In this document: piece by piece, positions 1 through 9,511 of the stretch
Layout: every line of letters starts with the position of its first letter
Numbering within the stretch: the stretch's first letter is position 1
Assembly: GCA_040004335.1 (NCBI GenBank)
Contig: JBDUBA010000490.1
Coordinates: 2,317-66,316 of the forward strand
DNA length: 64,000 nucleotides
Origin: Gemmatimonas sp.
GTDB taxonomy: Bacteria; Gemmatimonadota; Gemmatimonadetes; Gemmatimonadales; Gemmatimonadaceae
Direction of reading: 5' to 3'
Position numbers and translations under genes: made by a program
The notes under the pieces: model-generated
Databases searched by the model: none
Seen by the model: only the letters and a program-made list of their open reading frames with translations
Told to the model about the DNA's origin: nothing

Positions 1-2
1 CA

Positions 3-344
3 TTTCGCGGCGAGAGTTCGCTGGATTCATGGTTACATCGCGTGACGGTGAATGTTTTTCTCGCGTCGGACCGCACTGACAAACGACGGCGAGCGCACGA
101 AGACACCGTCGACGACGATCACTACGCACTCTCGGCGGCTACTGCACCCGTTGATGTCGGGGGTCGCATTGATCTGGAACGTGCGATTGCCACGCTGCCA
201 CCCGGTGCACGCATGGCGTTCGTGATGCACGACGTTGAAGGGTACTCGCACGAAGAAATTGCCGCGATGAGCGGCATCGCTGCTGCAACGGTTCGCGTGC
301 AACTGCACCGGGCACGCCGGCATTTGATGGAGGCACTTGGGTGA
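3..344 (+). CDS. ECF RNA polymerase sigma factor (5' truncated by window edge)
   Basis: Frame is open from the window start: FRGESSLDSWLHRVTVN (region 2) and LERAIATLPPGARMAFVMHDVEGYSHEEIAAMSGIAAATVRVQLHRAR (region 4). Confidence 0.9.
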   Translation, partial: FRGESSLDSWLHRVTVNVFLASDRTDKRRRAHEDTVDDDHYALSAATAPVDVGGRIDLERAIATLPPGARMAFVMHDVEGYSHEEIAAMSGIAAATVRVQLHRARRHLMEALG

Positions 345-973
345 TGCACGACAACGACACGTTTGACGAAGCGGAATTGCAAGCGCTTACAGATCGCGCC
401 AAAGCACTGCCGCGTGATATCGCGCCGGCGCCTGAGGTCTGGGCGACCATCCGCGATCGGATCGAGCGTTCGCGTGTGCGCACACTCGTGCCACTATCGT
501 CGACAGATCTGTCACAAGCGGGTGTGCGCGTTCCCGATGAGCCGAGTCGCGCTCGATCACCGCGAACGTTGTATGCATTTGGTGCGGCGGCCGCACTGTT
601 TGTCGCGGTCGCGACGTTGGTTCTTGTGCGCGATGGTGCCGATGAATCGACGGCGCGCCCTGTCGCTGTTGGACCGAATTCAGGTCCGTTGACGACAGCC
701 TCAACGTCGATCGAGTCAGTGTTCGCGGAGTACGACCAAGCCACGACCGACCTCACGAATGACCTCGCGCAGCGACGCTCGCGTTTGCAACCAGAAGCGG
801 TTGCGGTGATTGACAGTTGCCTCACGACAATTGATCGGGCCATCACGGAGTCACGAACGGCGCTTGCGGATGCACCAGACAACACCACCATAGCGGAGTT
901 GTTGCAATTGACGTATCAGCAGAAGATCGATCTGCTGCGTCGTGCGGCCGATTTACCGCTCGGTTCTCTCTAG
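344..973 (+). CDS. putative membrane-anchored anti-sigma factor
   Basis: TGATG overlap with the sigma stop; N-terminal LPRDIAPAPEVWATIRDRI, one TM helix (LYAFGAAAALFVAVATLVLV), helical C-terminal domain. Confidence 0.6.
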   Translation: MHDNDTFDEAELQALTDRAKALPRDIAPAPEVWATIRDRIERSRVRTLVPLSSTDLSQAGVRVPDEPSRARSPRTLYAFGAAAALFVAVATLVLVRDGADESTARPVAVGPNSGPLTTASTSIESVFAEYDQATTDLTNDLAQRRSRLQPEAVAVIDSCLTTIDRAITESRTALADAPDNTTIAELLQLTYQQKIDLLRRAADLPLGSL

Positions 974-982
974 GAAATTCTC

Positions 983-1885
983 ATGACTCGACGTACGGGT
1001 GTCGTTGCATTCACGCTGATCACGTTGGGGTTCGCCGGATCGGCGTTGCCGACCGATGCGCCTGCGCAACAAGCGGTCAGTCGTGGATGGCCGCTGAATG
1101 CTGAGGGCGCGGTCAAGGTGTATGGCGATGCCGGCTCCATTCGCATTATCGGATGGGACCGCGACTCGGTGGCCGTCAGTGGCACGGTTGCGAATGTCGC
1201 GAAGTTCTTTGCGGGAGGCGATCGCAACGGCGTCAAGATGGGAATCGAAACCACCACCGGCGCTTCGAAACCGTCTGATCTCGTGGTGCGTGTGCCCGCT
1301 CGTGCCCGCGTGTGGGTGCGATCCGCATCGTCCAATGTGGATGTCAGCACGTTTTCCGGCGCACTCGACGTCAGTACTGTGGGCGGAACGGTGCACATTC
1401 AGAGTACGCCCACCGAACTGCGCGCGGAGAGTATGAATGGGACGCTGGATATTACGGCGTCGCCGGCGTACTTGCGGCTCAAGAGTGCAACGGGCGCGAT
1501 CATGTGGAATGGATCGAGCGACGATGTTGGGATTGTTACAGTGAGCGGTCGCGTGGTGGTGACGGCGGGCAGTGTGCATCGCGCGCGCGTTGAAACCATT
1601 GACGGCGATGTTCGATTTGGTGCGGCGTTCACCGCGAAGAGCACGCTCGAGATTGACACGCATAGCGGGAACGTTTCGCTCGGCATCACCAAAGGTTCGA
1701 ATGCAGCGCTTGAGATCAGCGCGCGCGGGTGTGACCTGTTTGGCGTGAAGCAAGGCCAGGACCGCGCGCTCAGCGTTGCCGCACCCCCAACCAAATTCTA
1801 CAAGAGTATCGGACAGCCCCTGCTGGGTGAGCCATCAATCAACATTCGCAGCTACAAGGGATATGTCACGGCAACAATGCAATAG
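983..1885 (+). CDS. DUF4097-like beta-strand repeat secreted protein
   Basis: AGGA RBS, signal peptide, repeated (V/I)xTxsGxV beta-solenoid motifs; typical position after an ECF/anti-sigma pair. Confidence 0.75.
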   Translation: MTRRTGVVAFTLITLGFAGSALPTDAPAQQAVSRGWPLNAEGAVKVYGDAGSIRIIGWDRDSVAVSGTVANVAKFFAGGDRNGVKMGIETTTGASKPSDLVVRVPARARVWVRSASSNVDVSTFSGALDVSTVGGTVHIQSTPTELRAESMNGTLDITASPAYLRLKSATGAIMWNGSSDDVGIVTVSGRVVVTAGSVHRARVETIDGDVRFGAAFTAKSTLEIDTHSGNVSLGITKGSNAALEISARGCDLFGVKQGQDRALSVAAPPTKFYKSIGQPLLGEPSINIRSYKGYVTATMQ

Positions 1886-1959
1886 CTGAAGCCGGAGATC
1901 GCGCCAGCACAACGCGATTGCAGGACGCAGCACCAACACACCCCACACAGGAGACGATC

Positions 1960-2466
1960 ATGATTCGTGTATCCTCGCGTACCCTACGCGTGGCCTGCGT
2001 AGCTTTGCTCGCAATTACCGCCACTCCACTCACCGCCGGCCCGCCCTGGATTTCCATCGAACTGCCAGGCAATCCATTTGATCAGAATGCACGGGATGCC
2101 TTTCTCATCGTACACGCGTTTCATCATGGTGAACCGGTGGAGTATCCGGTTGCCGGCACCGCGGAGGGCATTGTGAATGGGCAACGCAAATCGATTCCCC
2201 TCACTTTCCAGAAGACGCAACGGCCCGGAGCGTTCGCCGTCAGGAAACAGTGGACCGACGGCAACGTGTGGGTGCTCGCATTTACTGTCACGCAGGCGAA
2301 GGATGATGTCGCGGGCGCGCTCGTAACGATCGCCGCTGACGGTCATGCGTCACGCGTTGAAACGTTAACCAAACCAGGCGAGGGCGGACGTGCGTTCCCG
2401 CGCGCAATTGCCATACGCGACATTGATGCCGCCATCCAGGCGGCATCGGGAAACTCCACGCGTTAG
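1960..2466 (+). CDS. secreted hypothetical protein
   Basis: AGGAG RBS before ATG 1960; signal peptide ending PLTA-G, then PPWISIELPGNP. Confidence 0.7.
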   Translation: MIRVSSRTLRVACVALLAITATPLTAGPPWISIELPGNPFDQNARDAFLIVHAFHHGEPVEYPVAGTAEGIVNGQRKSIPLTFQKTQRPGAFAVRKQWTDGNVWVLAFTVTQAKDDVAGALVTIAADGHASRVETLTKPGEGGRAFPRAIAIRDIDAAIQAASGNSTR

Positions 2467-2516
2467 TTATACAACAACAGAAGGAAAAATTTCACGGGAC
2501 AAAGTTGCGAATAATC

Positions 2517-2562
2517 GGGACCATTCGCCGTCCGAACGGGGCAGGCGAATGGTCCCATTTTT
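2517..2562 (+). terminator. rho-independent terminator
   Basis: 13-bp perfect stem GGGACCATTCGCC / GGCGAATGGTCCC followed by ATTTTT, just after the ECF operon. Confidence 0.7.
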
Positions 2563-2685
2563 CATTCCGGCAACGCTTCCGTTCAAACCTTTTCGCGGTT
2601 GAATGCAGCTAACCAAGAACGTATCGCGCGCTCCGCGCAGCACCGGTTTGCTTGCCGGTGCCCTTTCCTGCAGCCGTCACGTTTT

Positions 2686-5487
2686 ATGACACAATCCGAT
2701 CGAGTTTACGCGCCGTCCGTAGCCCTGCGACCGCGTACGCATTTCATACTGCAGTTCGGATTTCTGTCAGCGTTTGTATTGATGCTGCTGGCAACGTTGT
2801 CGTCGGCAGCATTCGCGCAAAATGCGCCGTCTACCGCGGCGGCCGGCAGCGAACGCAACACCCACAACATTCCTGTTCCGGCTACCGTTGCCACGCGGCG
2901 CAGCACACCGATCGCGATGGACGGGAAGCTGGATGACGCGGCGTGGACGTCTGCACCACCGATCACGCAGTTCACACAGTTCAATCCGGACGAGGGTCAG
3001 CCACCCACGCAGCGCACCGAAGTTCGTATCCTGTACGATGATGACGCGTTGTACATCGGCGCGACGATGTATGACACCGAGGGCCCCAAGGGTATTGCCA
3101 CACGTCTGGTGCGTCGTGACAACGATTTCGACTCGGACTATTTCCAGATAGTCATTGACGGGTATCACGATCATCTGAGTCGCGCATTTTTTACGGTCAA
3201 TCCCTCGGGATCGAAGCAGGATCAGATTGGCATCGGCGCGTCGTGTTGTGACAGCGGCTGGGATCCGGTTTGGCAAGTTGAATCACGCATCAACGCCGAT
3301 GGATGGGTGGCGGAAATTCGCATTCCGTTCAGCCAATTGCGATTTGCGTCCGATTCGGTGCAGACGTGGGGGTTGCAGCTGCGTCGCTGGATTCATCGCC
3401 GACAGGAAGAAGACGATTGGTCTTTCTGGAAACGCGATGAAGCCGGTGGCCCCCCGCGCTTCGGACATTTGGAAGGGTTGGCGATTGCACACACCGGCCG
3501 GCACCTGGAGTTGCTGCCCTACGTCGCGAGCGCTGCGCGTGCGGTCGAAGCCGACCAGGGCGATCCTTTCAACCATGGGGTCAAGCCATCGGTACGAGTT
3601 GGCGCTGATGTCAAATATTTGTTGACGTCAAATCTGACACTCGATGCGACCATCAATCCGGATTTTGGTCAGGTCGAAGTTGATCCCGCCGTTGTCAATC
3701 TGAGCGCGTTTGAAACGTCGTTCGACGAGAAGCGACCATTCTTTGTGGAAGGGTCGGGTGTATTCGGCTTTGGTGGATTCAATTGCTTCTTCTGCAGCAA
3801 TGTGTCTTCGCTGAGCGCGTTTTATTCACGTCGTATTGGTCGTGCTCCAACGGGTGCGCCATTGGCGTACGCAGCGGGAAAATACGTCAAACTACCGGAC
3901 GCTTCGACCATTCTGGGTGCCGCGAAAGTCAGCGGTCGCACCAGCAATGGATTTACCATTGGCTTGCTCGACGCCGTCACCAATCGCGAAACGGCCGACC
4001 TTCGCCTGGCCGACGGCTCGGCCACTACACAAGTGGTGGAACCGCTCTCGAACTTCTTTGTTGGTCGCGTGAAGAAAGATTTCATGCGTGGCAACCTGGT
4101 GATTGGCGGGATTGCGACATCGGTGGCCCGGCAAATGGATACGGTCTTCGCATCGCGCCTCACCAGCCACGCGGAGTTTTACGGTGGAGACCTGCGATAC
4201 ACCTGGGGCAATCATGCGTATTCATTTGTTGCGAACTCGGGCTTGAGTACCGTCGAAGGCGACTCGACGGTAATTCTTGCAAAACAACGTAGCAGTGCGC
4301 GCTATTTTCAGCGCCCGGATCGCGGTACGGGATCCAGCGGGTTCCTATCCAATCAACTCGATCCATCGGCCACGCAGATGATAGGAGCGGCGGGATACGC
4401 GCGTATTGCAAAGGAGTCCGGCAGCTGGCTGTGGGAAACGGCGGTGAATATTCGGACGCCCGGATTCGAGAACAACGATCTGGGTTTCCTCACACGATCG
4501 GACTACGTGTGGTACAACGCGAACATTCTCAAACAATGGCAGAAACCAACCAGGTGGTATCGCACGTTCAGTGTCACGTTGGGCGGACAACAAAAGAGCA
4601 ACTTCGAAGGTGATCTGATCGATCGGCAGGCGCAGGCACTGGTGTCGACAACCACACCGCAATTCTGGAACATCAACAGTTTCTATATCTGGCATCCGGC
4701 GCTGCTGGACGATCAGTTGCTGAATGGTGGTCCCGCGGTTGAACGTCCGGGAAACGGTTTCTATTCCGTGAACGTCAACACGGACTCGCGGAAGCGCCTG
4801 GTGCTGTTCACCAACGGCGGCTACTCGTGGAACACGGACGGTGGTCACGGACTGAGTCTCAACACCACCGCAAACTACCGGCCGACGTCAAACGTGCTTG
4901 TTTCGTTTGGACCATCGTGGAATTCGTCGAAATCCCGGCTGCAATACCTGACATCTTTGCGCGATGCAACGGCCGGGAATTTCTACGGCAGTCGCTACAT
5001 TTTGTCGGGGCTCGACCAGAAGCAGATTGCCTTTGACACGCGACTCAACGTGACATTTTCTCCAGGCATGACGCTTGAGTTGTATGCGCAGCCGTTCTTT
5101 GCCAGCGGCCACTATTACCAATTCAAGGAGTTCATTGCACCGAGACAAGGTGCGTACAACACGTACGGAATAGACGCCGGCGTTGTCACAACACAACCAG
5201 GCGTTGATGGTGCGATTTCCCGCTATACGATTGATCCGGACGGGGCTGGTTCCGCTGCGCCCTTCTCATTCGCGAACCCCGATTTTTCGCAACAGTCATT
5301 GCGCGGCAACGCTGTGTTTCGCTGGGAGTATCATCCGGGCTCCGTGTTGTACTTCGCATGGACGCACTCGAGATTCCGCGAAGACGGACAAGGCTCTCTT
5401 GACTTCACACACGAACGCGACGCCATCTACTCGGCACACCCCGACAACATTTTCCTCGTGAAAGCGTCGTGGTGGATTCCACGATAG
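2686..5487 (+). CDS. DUF5916 / CBM9-like domain outer-membrane protein
   Basis: MDGKLDDAAW and TEVRILYDDDALYIG (CBM9-like), LTLDATINPDFGQVEVD and FDEKRPFFVEG motifs, C-terminal FLVKASWW barrel strand. Start uncertain (2599 or 2686). Confidence 0.8.
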   Translation: MTQSDRVYAPSVALRPRTHFILQFGFLSAFVLMLLATLSSAAFAQNAPSTAAAGSERNTHNIPVPATVATRRSTPIAMDGKLDDAAWTSAPPITQFTQFNPDEGQPPTQRTEVRILYDDDALYIGATMYDTEGPKGIATRLVRRDNDFDSDYFQIVIDGYHDHLSRAFFTVNPSGSKQDQIGIGASCCDSGWDPVWQVESRINADGWVAEIRIPFSQLRFASDSVQTWGLQLRRWIHRRQEEDDWSFWKRDEAGGPPRFGHLEGLAIAHTGRHLELLPYVASAARAVEADQGDPFNHGVKPSVRVGADVKYLLTSNLTLDATINPDFGQVEVDPAVVNLSAFETSFDEKRPFFVEGSGVFGFGGFNCFFCSNVSSLSAFYSRRIGRAPTGAPLAYAAGKYVKLPDASTILGAAKVSGRTSNGFTIGLLDAVTNRETADLRLADGSATTQVVEPLSNFFVGRVKKDFMRGNLVIGGIATSVARQMDTVFASRLTSHAEFYGGDLRYTWGNHAYSFVANSGLSTVEGDSTVILAKQRSSARYFQRPDRGTGSSGFLSNQLDPSATQMIGAAGYARIAKESGSWLWETAVNIRTPGFENNDLGFLTRSDYVWYNANILKQWQKPTRWYRTFSVTLGGQQKSNFEGDLIDRQAQALVSTTTPQFWNINSFYIWHPALLDDQLLNGGPAVERPGNGFYSVNVNTDSRKRLVLFTNGGYSWNTDGGHGLSLNTTANYRPTSNVLVSFGPSWNSSKSRLQYLTSLRDATAGNFYGSRYILSGLDQKQIAFDTRLNVTFSPGMTLELYAQPFFASGHYYQFKEFIAPRQGAYNTYGIDAGVVTTQPGVDGAISRYTIDPDGAGSAAPFSFANPDFSQQSLRGNAVFRWEYHPGSVLYFAWTHSRFREDGQGSLDFTHERDAIYSAHPDNIFLVKASWWIPR

Positions 5488-5490
5488 CCG

Positions 5491-6777
5491 TCAGGCTTCC
5501 GTCGAAGGCTGCGTTGAACTATGTGGCGACCTGCCCATGCGCAGAATGAGACAGCCTAGAATTCCGGCAAGCAACGATGCACCCAACACTCCAATTTTGG
5601 CGCCGGTCAGTTCGATGCTTTCGCCGTAAGCCAGGCCGCCAATGAAGAGCGACATGGTAAACCCGATCCCGCCGAGTGTTGCGACGCCTATCAGTTGACG
5701 CCATGATGCCAGTGCCGGTAGTTGTGCAACGTTGGCGCGTACGCCGATCCACGAGAACAGTGTAATCCCAACCGGTTTTCCAATTAGCAGACCGCCCGCA
5801 ACGGCCAGGACTTCCGGTTGCCGAATCAAGGTGCCGAGATTCTCTTGCAGTCCTACTCCGGCGTTCGCCAATGCGAAGAGTGGCATGATACCAAAGGCGA
5901 CCAACCTGTGCAGCGCGTGCTCGAATCGCGCAAGAAGCGAATCGCTGTGGTCATTGGTATTGCTGGCGTTGTCGGATGCCATACTCAGCGTTTCAGCGGA
6001 GATACTCTTTACGTTTCGTTTTCCCACCGACGCCGGAATGGTGAGCGCAAGGAGAACGCCAGCGATCGTAGCGTGCAGCCCCGATTCGAAGACCGCGAAC
6101 CACAGCAGCAGGCCAATGACGACATACGGCAACGCACGATTGACGTTGAGCCAGTTCAATGCGATGAGCAGCAACATCAATCCGCCCACGGCGCACAGTG
6201 CGAGCACGTTGATTTTTGGCGTGTAAAACAACGCAATCACCAGCACCGCCCCAAGGTCATCAACAATCGCCAACGCGGCCAGGAAAATTTTGAGCCCCGG
6301 TGGAACATGCCGGCCCAGTAACGTCACCGCGCCCAGTGCGAAAGCAATGTCAGTTGCCATGGGAATACCCCATCCAGCGGAGGCGTTGGTGCCGCGCGTG
6401 ATCGACCAGAATATGAGCGCTGGCAAAATCATGCCGCCGATCGCGCCTAAAATAGGGAGCGCGGCGCGGCGCACGGACGCGAGTTCACCGACCAGAATTT
6501 CGCGCTTGATTTCCAATCCAACGACCAGGAAGAAAATCGCCATCAATGCGTCGTTGATCCACATGTGCCACGAAAGCGTGAGCGAATGCGCACCAAACCC
6601 AAGCGAGAAGCTGCGTTCCCACAGGTGATGATAGGAATCAGCCATTGGCGAATTTGCCCACACGGTCGCGGCCAGGGCACCCACAAGCAGCATGATGCCG
6701 CCCGATGCTTCGGCCCGCACAAATTCGTCGAACGGACGACGAATCCGTGCCAGCGATTGCCTGATGGGTGAACTCAT
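5491..6777 (-). CDS. nhaA: Na+/H+ antiporter NhaA
   Basis: WINDALMAIFF, GLEIKRE, GWGIPMATDIAFA, LAIVDDLGA, GIGFTMSLFI signatures. Confidence 0.95.
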   Translation of the reverse strand: MSSPIRQSLARIRRPFDEFVRAEASGGIMLLVGALAATVWANSPMADSYHHLWERSFSLGFGAHSLTLSWHMWINDALMAIFFLVVGLEIKREILVGELASVRRAALPILGAIGGMILPALIFWSITRGTNASAGWGIPMATDIAFALGAVTLLGRHVPPGLKIFLAALAIVDDLGAVLVIALFYTPKINVLALCAVGGLMLLLIALNWLNVNRALPYVVIGLLLWFAVFESGLHATIAGVLLALTIPASVGKRNVKSISAETLSMASDNASNTNDHSDSLLARFEHALHRLVAFGIMPLFALANAGVGLQENLGTLIRQPEVLAVAGGLLIGKPVGITLFSWIGVRANVAQLPALASWRQLIGVATLGGIGFTMSLFIGGLAYGESIELTGAKIGVLGASLLAGILGCLILRMGRSPHSSTQPSTEA

Positions 6778-6900
6778 CTACGGAAAGTTGGGGCCAAGTG
6801 CCACGATTGGCAGCGGTGAGGACTCCGCATTGCGTCCAAAGATATTGCTGCGGCAGTCGCGGAGTACCGCGCTTCCGGCGGTAGACTGCTAACGCAGCCT

Positions 6901-7453
6901 CGCGAGCTCGCCGTTTTTGCCGGGATTCTCCGGCTTGACCCGCCCATCGAAGCTGCCGATGCTTTTATAGAGATAGGAGATTCCGGCCAGGGATTGTCCG
7001 ATGAGATGTCGGACCGGTTTTCACTGCGTTTTCACAACAAAGGCGCTAGGAACGGGGTTGGGATTGGCGGTCGCATCAAGCATGATTCAGGATCAAGGGG
7101 GCACATTGTCAGGTACTAATCGTGGAGCGGGCAGGCGCGGTGCAATATTCACGGTGCGCTTGCCCACGGCCTTCCAGGCAAAGACCTGCGGTTTAGATCG
7201 ACCGCAGCACTTTTTCCTTTCTCATCTTCTTTCTGAAGTGTCCACCACAACTCTTTCGTTGCCCACTGCAGCGTCTGTATCAGCCCCGGGCCGCGTGGTG
7301 CAATCGGCCGCGTCTGGACGCATCCTGGTGGCCGAGCGCGCTGGCACGTTGCGCGCGTTCCGCGTGGAGCGGCTGATGATGGACGAAAGCGCAGACGGAT
7401 CTGCTGACGATTCAGTGACGCGTAACATTTATGATTCCCGGCTTGGCACATGA
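6901..7453 (+). pseudogene. decayed histidine kinase (HATPase_c) remnant with possible receiver trace
   Basis: Frame 1 gives a G1 box (FIEIGDSGQGLSDEMSDRF, 6964-7020). Frame 2 continues with F/G2 boxes (FTTKALGTGLGLAVASSMIQDQGG...GAIFTVRLP). Frameshift near 7020-7030; no H-box seen. Confidence 0.7.
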
Positions 7454-9510
7454 GAGGTCGTCGCACCATCATCGCAGTTGGTGTAGTCGCTGCTACGGCG
7501 CTCAGTTTTGGCGTTGGCGCATGGTGGGGGGACCGGGTCGCACGTCGCTCCGATCAGTGGGGCCCCGAGCGACTGATTTCCACGGCTATTGATTCGGTGC
7601 GTGCGAATGCGCTGGACGCGCTGCCGTCGGATGAGTTGCTTCGTCGAGCGGTGTCGGGCATGTTGCGTGAACTGAAGGACCCCTATGCAGCGCTCCTCCG
7701 TCCCGAAGGTGCGCGCGAATTTCGCGGACTGCTGAATGGTGACGGACCAGGGCTGGGACTGGTGATGCATCGTAGCGGTAAACAGCTCAACATTGCTCGC
7801 GTGTACACGGGATCACCCGCGGCGACCGCTGGAATTCGAGCTGGCGATCGTATCTTGAGCGTGAACGGGCTTCTGATCAGCAATCGTGATGCATTGCGAT
7901 CTGGAAATACAGATGACGCCGAACCTGCGTTTTCGAAATCGGATTCCAATCGGATTGTGTTGTTTCGTCCATTGCTTAACGACACAGTGCGAGTAACGGT
8001 GCCGCCGGGCAGTTGGCATATGCCGGCGGCGTTTGATGCGGTAATGTTGTCGAAAACGACCGGCTATGTTGCGCTTACGAGAATTTCGGCAAAATCCAGC
8101 GAAGAGTTGGATGAAACGATTGAAGGACTCGTGGATGAAGGTGCAAAATCGCTGATACTCGATTTGCGCGGCAACGGCGGTGGATTGCTGGAAGAAGGTG
8201 TACGTGTGGCCGCGCTGTTTCTTCCTCGCAACTCGCTGATCGCATCAGTGACTGGTAAAGTCGGCACGCCGCCCTTGGAACGTCGCGCGACCCGCGGCGG
8301 CAAGTGGGAGTCGTTGCCCGTAACGGTATTGGTTGACGCACACACTGCAAGCGCCGCCGAAATTGTTGCGGGCGCACTGCGCGATCACAAGCGCGCACTG
8401 TTGGTTGGCGAGCCCACCTACGGAAAGGGATTGGTGCAACGCGTCGTTGCACTTACGCCGGAACTCTCGATGCGCATGACGACGGCGCGTTGGATGACAC
8501 CGTCGGGGCAAGTACTCGAGCGCCGGCAGGGTTCGGGCATTGACGCAATTGGCGGATTGACGCCCGACATATTCGTACCGGATGCCGCGCGTCGTGAGCC
8601 GATGGCGCCGCCGCCAGGCTTGAGCGACTTGGCAGCAGCGCGCATGCTGCGAGTTGCCGACACGGCCGCCGCGCGCGCACTGACCGAAGGCTGGGCTGCC
8701 AATACACCAACCGAACTGGAAGCACGCCTGCACGAGGTGATTGATGCGTATCTTGCACCAACGCCGGGCAACCCAACCGGACGCGCGGTGTTGGTGGGAG
8801 AAGCAACACGTTTGGCCACTGTGCGCGTGCTTGAGGTAACAGGCAAATCCAACGATGTGCTGCGTTACACAGTCAATGCCGATCACGCACTGCGCGCGGC
8901 GTTGGACGTGTTCACCCCGGGTGAACAAGACAGGCCGGTTGCACCGTCCCAAACGGCCACGGTGTCTTCCGAAACTGTATCGCCCACGCTGTCGGCGCTC
9001 GACCTCTGGATTGTGCAGCGCTACAAAATGGCGCGCCTGCTACCCGATTCCGGCGCGCGTACCACCGTTACCGCGTCACCAATTGGCGCGCCGCGTGTTG
9101 AATCGGCCCGCACGGTTGGCCGACGCGACACGGTTGTTGCGCTGCAGTTCGCGACAACATACGGGCGCGCCGCGCTTGGTACGACGGCCACCATACAATT
9201 GGCCGATCCGTCGGGGGCTGTTTCCAGTGTGACCGGACGTATCACTGCACGCCGCGCTTTTCGGACGCCGCGTGTGGCGGGCGCGCGTGACAGCGTGAAA
9301 GACGAGTGGCGCGTTGGTTGGGCATATCTGGTGGCCCTTCCTTCCCGAGTCGCGAATGCGTCGCCGTCCGGATTCAACGGCTGGGCCGTGGAGGAACCAA
9401 AGCCGAGAACCGCATCGAAGCCCGTGCGCGCAGAATCCCCAAAGGTGTTGTCAGTACCGGCGACCGACGGTCCGTCAAAAACTTCGGCAACGTTGCCGCC
9501 TGCTCGTTGA
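7450..9510 (+). CDS. S41 family C-terminal processing peptidase (PDZ) with long C-terminal extension
   Basis: GMLRELKDPY, GSPAATAGIRAGDRI (PDZ), LILDLRGNGGG, TASAAEI (Ser), GKG (Lys), GLTPD. Confidence 0.9.
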   Translation: MRGRRTIIAVGVVAATALSFGVGAWWGDRVARRSDQWGPERLISTAIDSVRANALDALPSDELLRRAVSGMLRELKDPYAALLRPEGAREFRGLLNGDGPGLGLVMHRSGKQLNIARVYTGSPAATAGIRAGDRILSVNGLLISNRDALRSGNTDDAEPAFSKSDSNRIVLFRPLLNDTVRVTVPPGSWHMPAAFDAVMLSKTTGYVALTRISAKSSEELDETIEGLVDEGAKSLILDLRGNGGGLLEEGVRVAALFLPRNSLIASVTGKVGTPPLERRATRGGKWESLPVTVLVDAHTASAAEIVAGALRDHKRALLVGEPTYGKGLVQRVVALTPELSMRMTTARWMTPSGQVLERRQGSGIDAIGGLTPDIFVPDAARREPMAPPPGLSDLAAARMLRVADTAAARALTEGWAANTPTELEARLHEVIDAYLAPTPGNPTGRAVLVGEATRLATVRVLEVTGKSNDVLRYTVNADHALRAALDVFTPGEQDRPVAPSQTATVSSETVSPTLSALDLWIVQRYKMARLLPDSGARTTVTASPIGAPRVESARTVGRRDTVVALQFATTYGRAALGTTATIQLADPSGAVSSVTGRITARRAFRTPRVAGARDSVKDEWRVGWAYLVALPSRVANASPSGFNGWAVEEPKPRTASKPVRAESPKVLSVPATDGPSKTSATLPPAR

Positions 9511-9511
9511 C

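Noticed and set aside
6935-6962. sigma-28-like promoter (TTGA-N16-GCCGATGC)
   Set aside because: Poor -35 element and spacing, and it lies inside the decayed kinase reading frame.
9314-9511. Upstream extensions of ORF-track calls (also cysK, vapC, flgK, fliA, fliR)
   Set aside because: They overlap neighbouring genes; internal starts with tight coupling or homology-consistent N-termini fit better.
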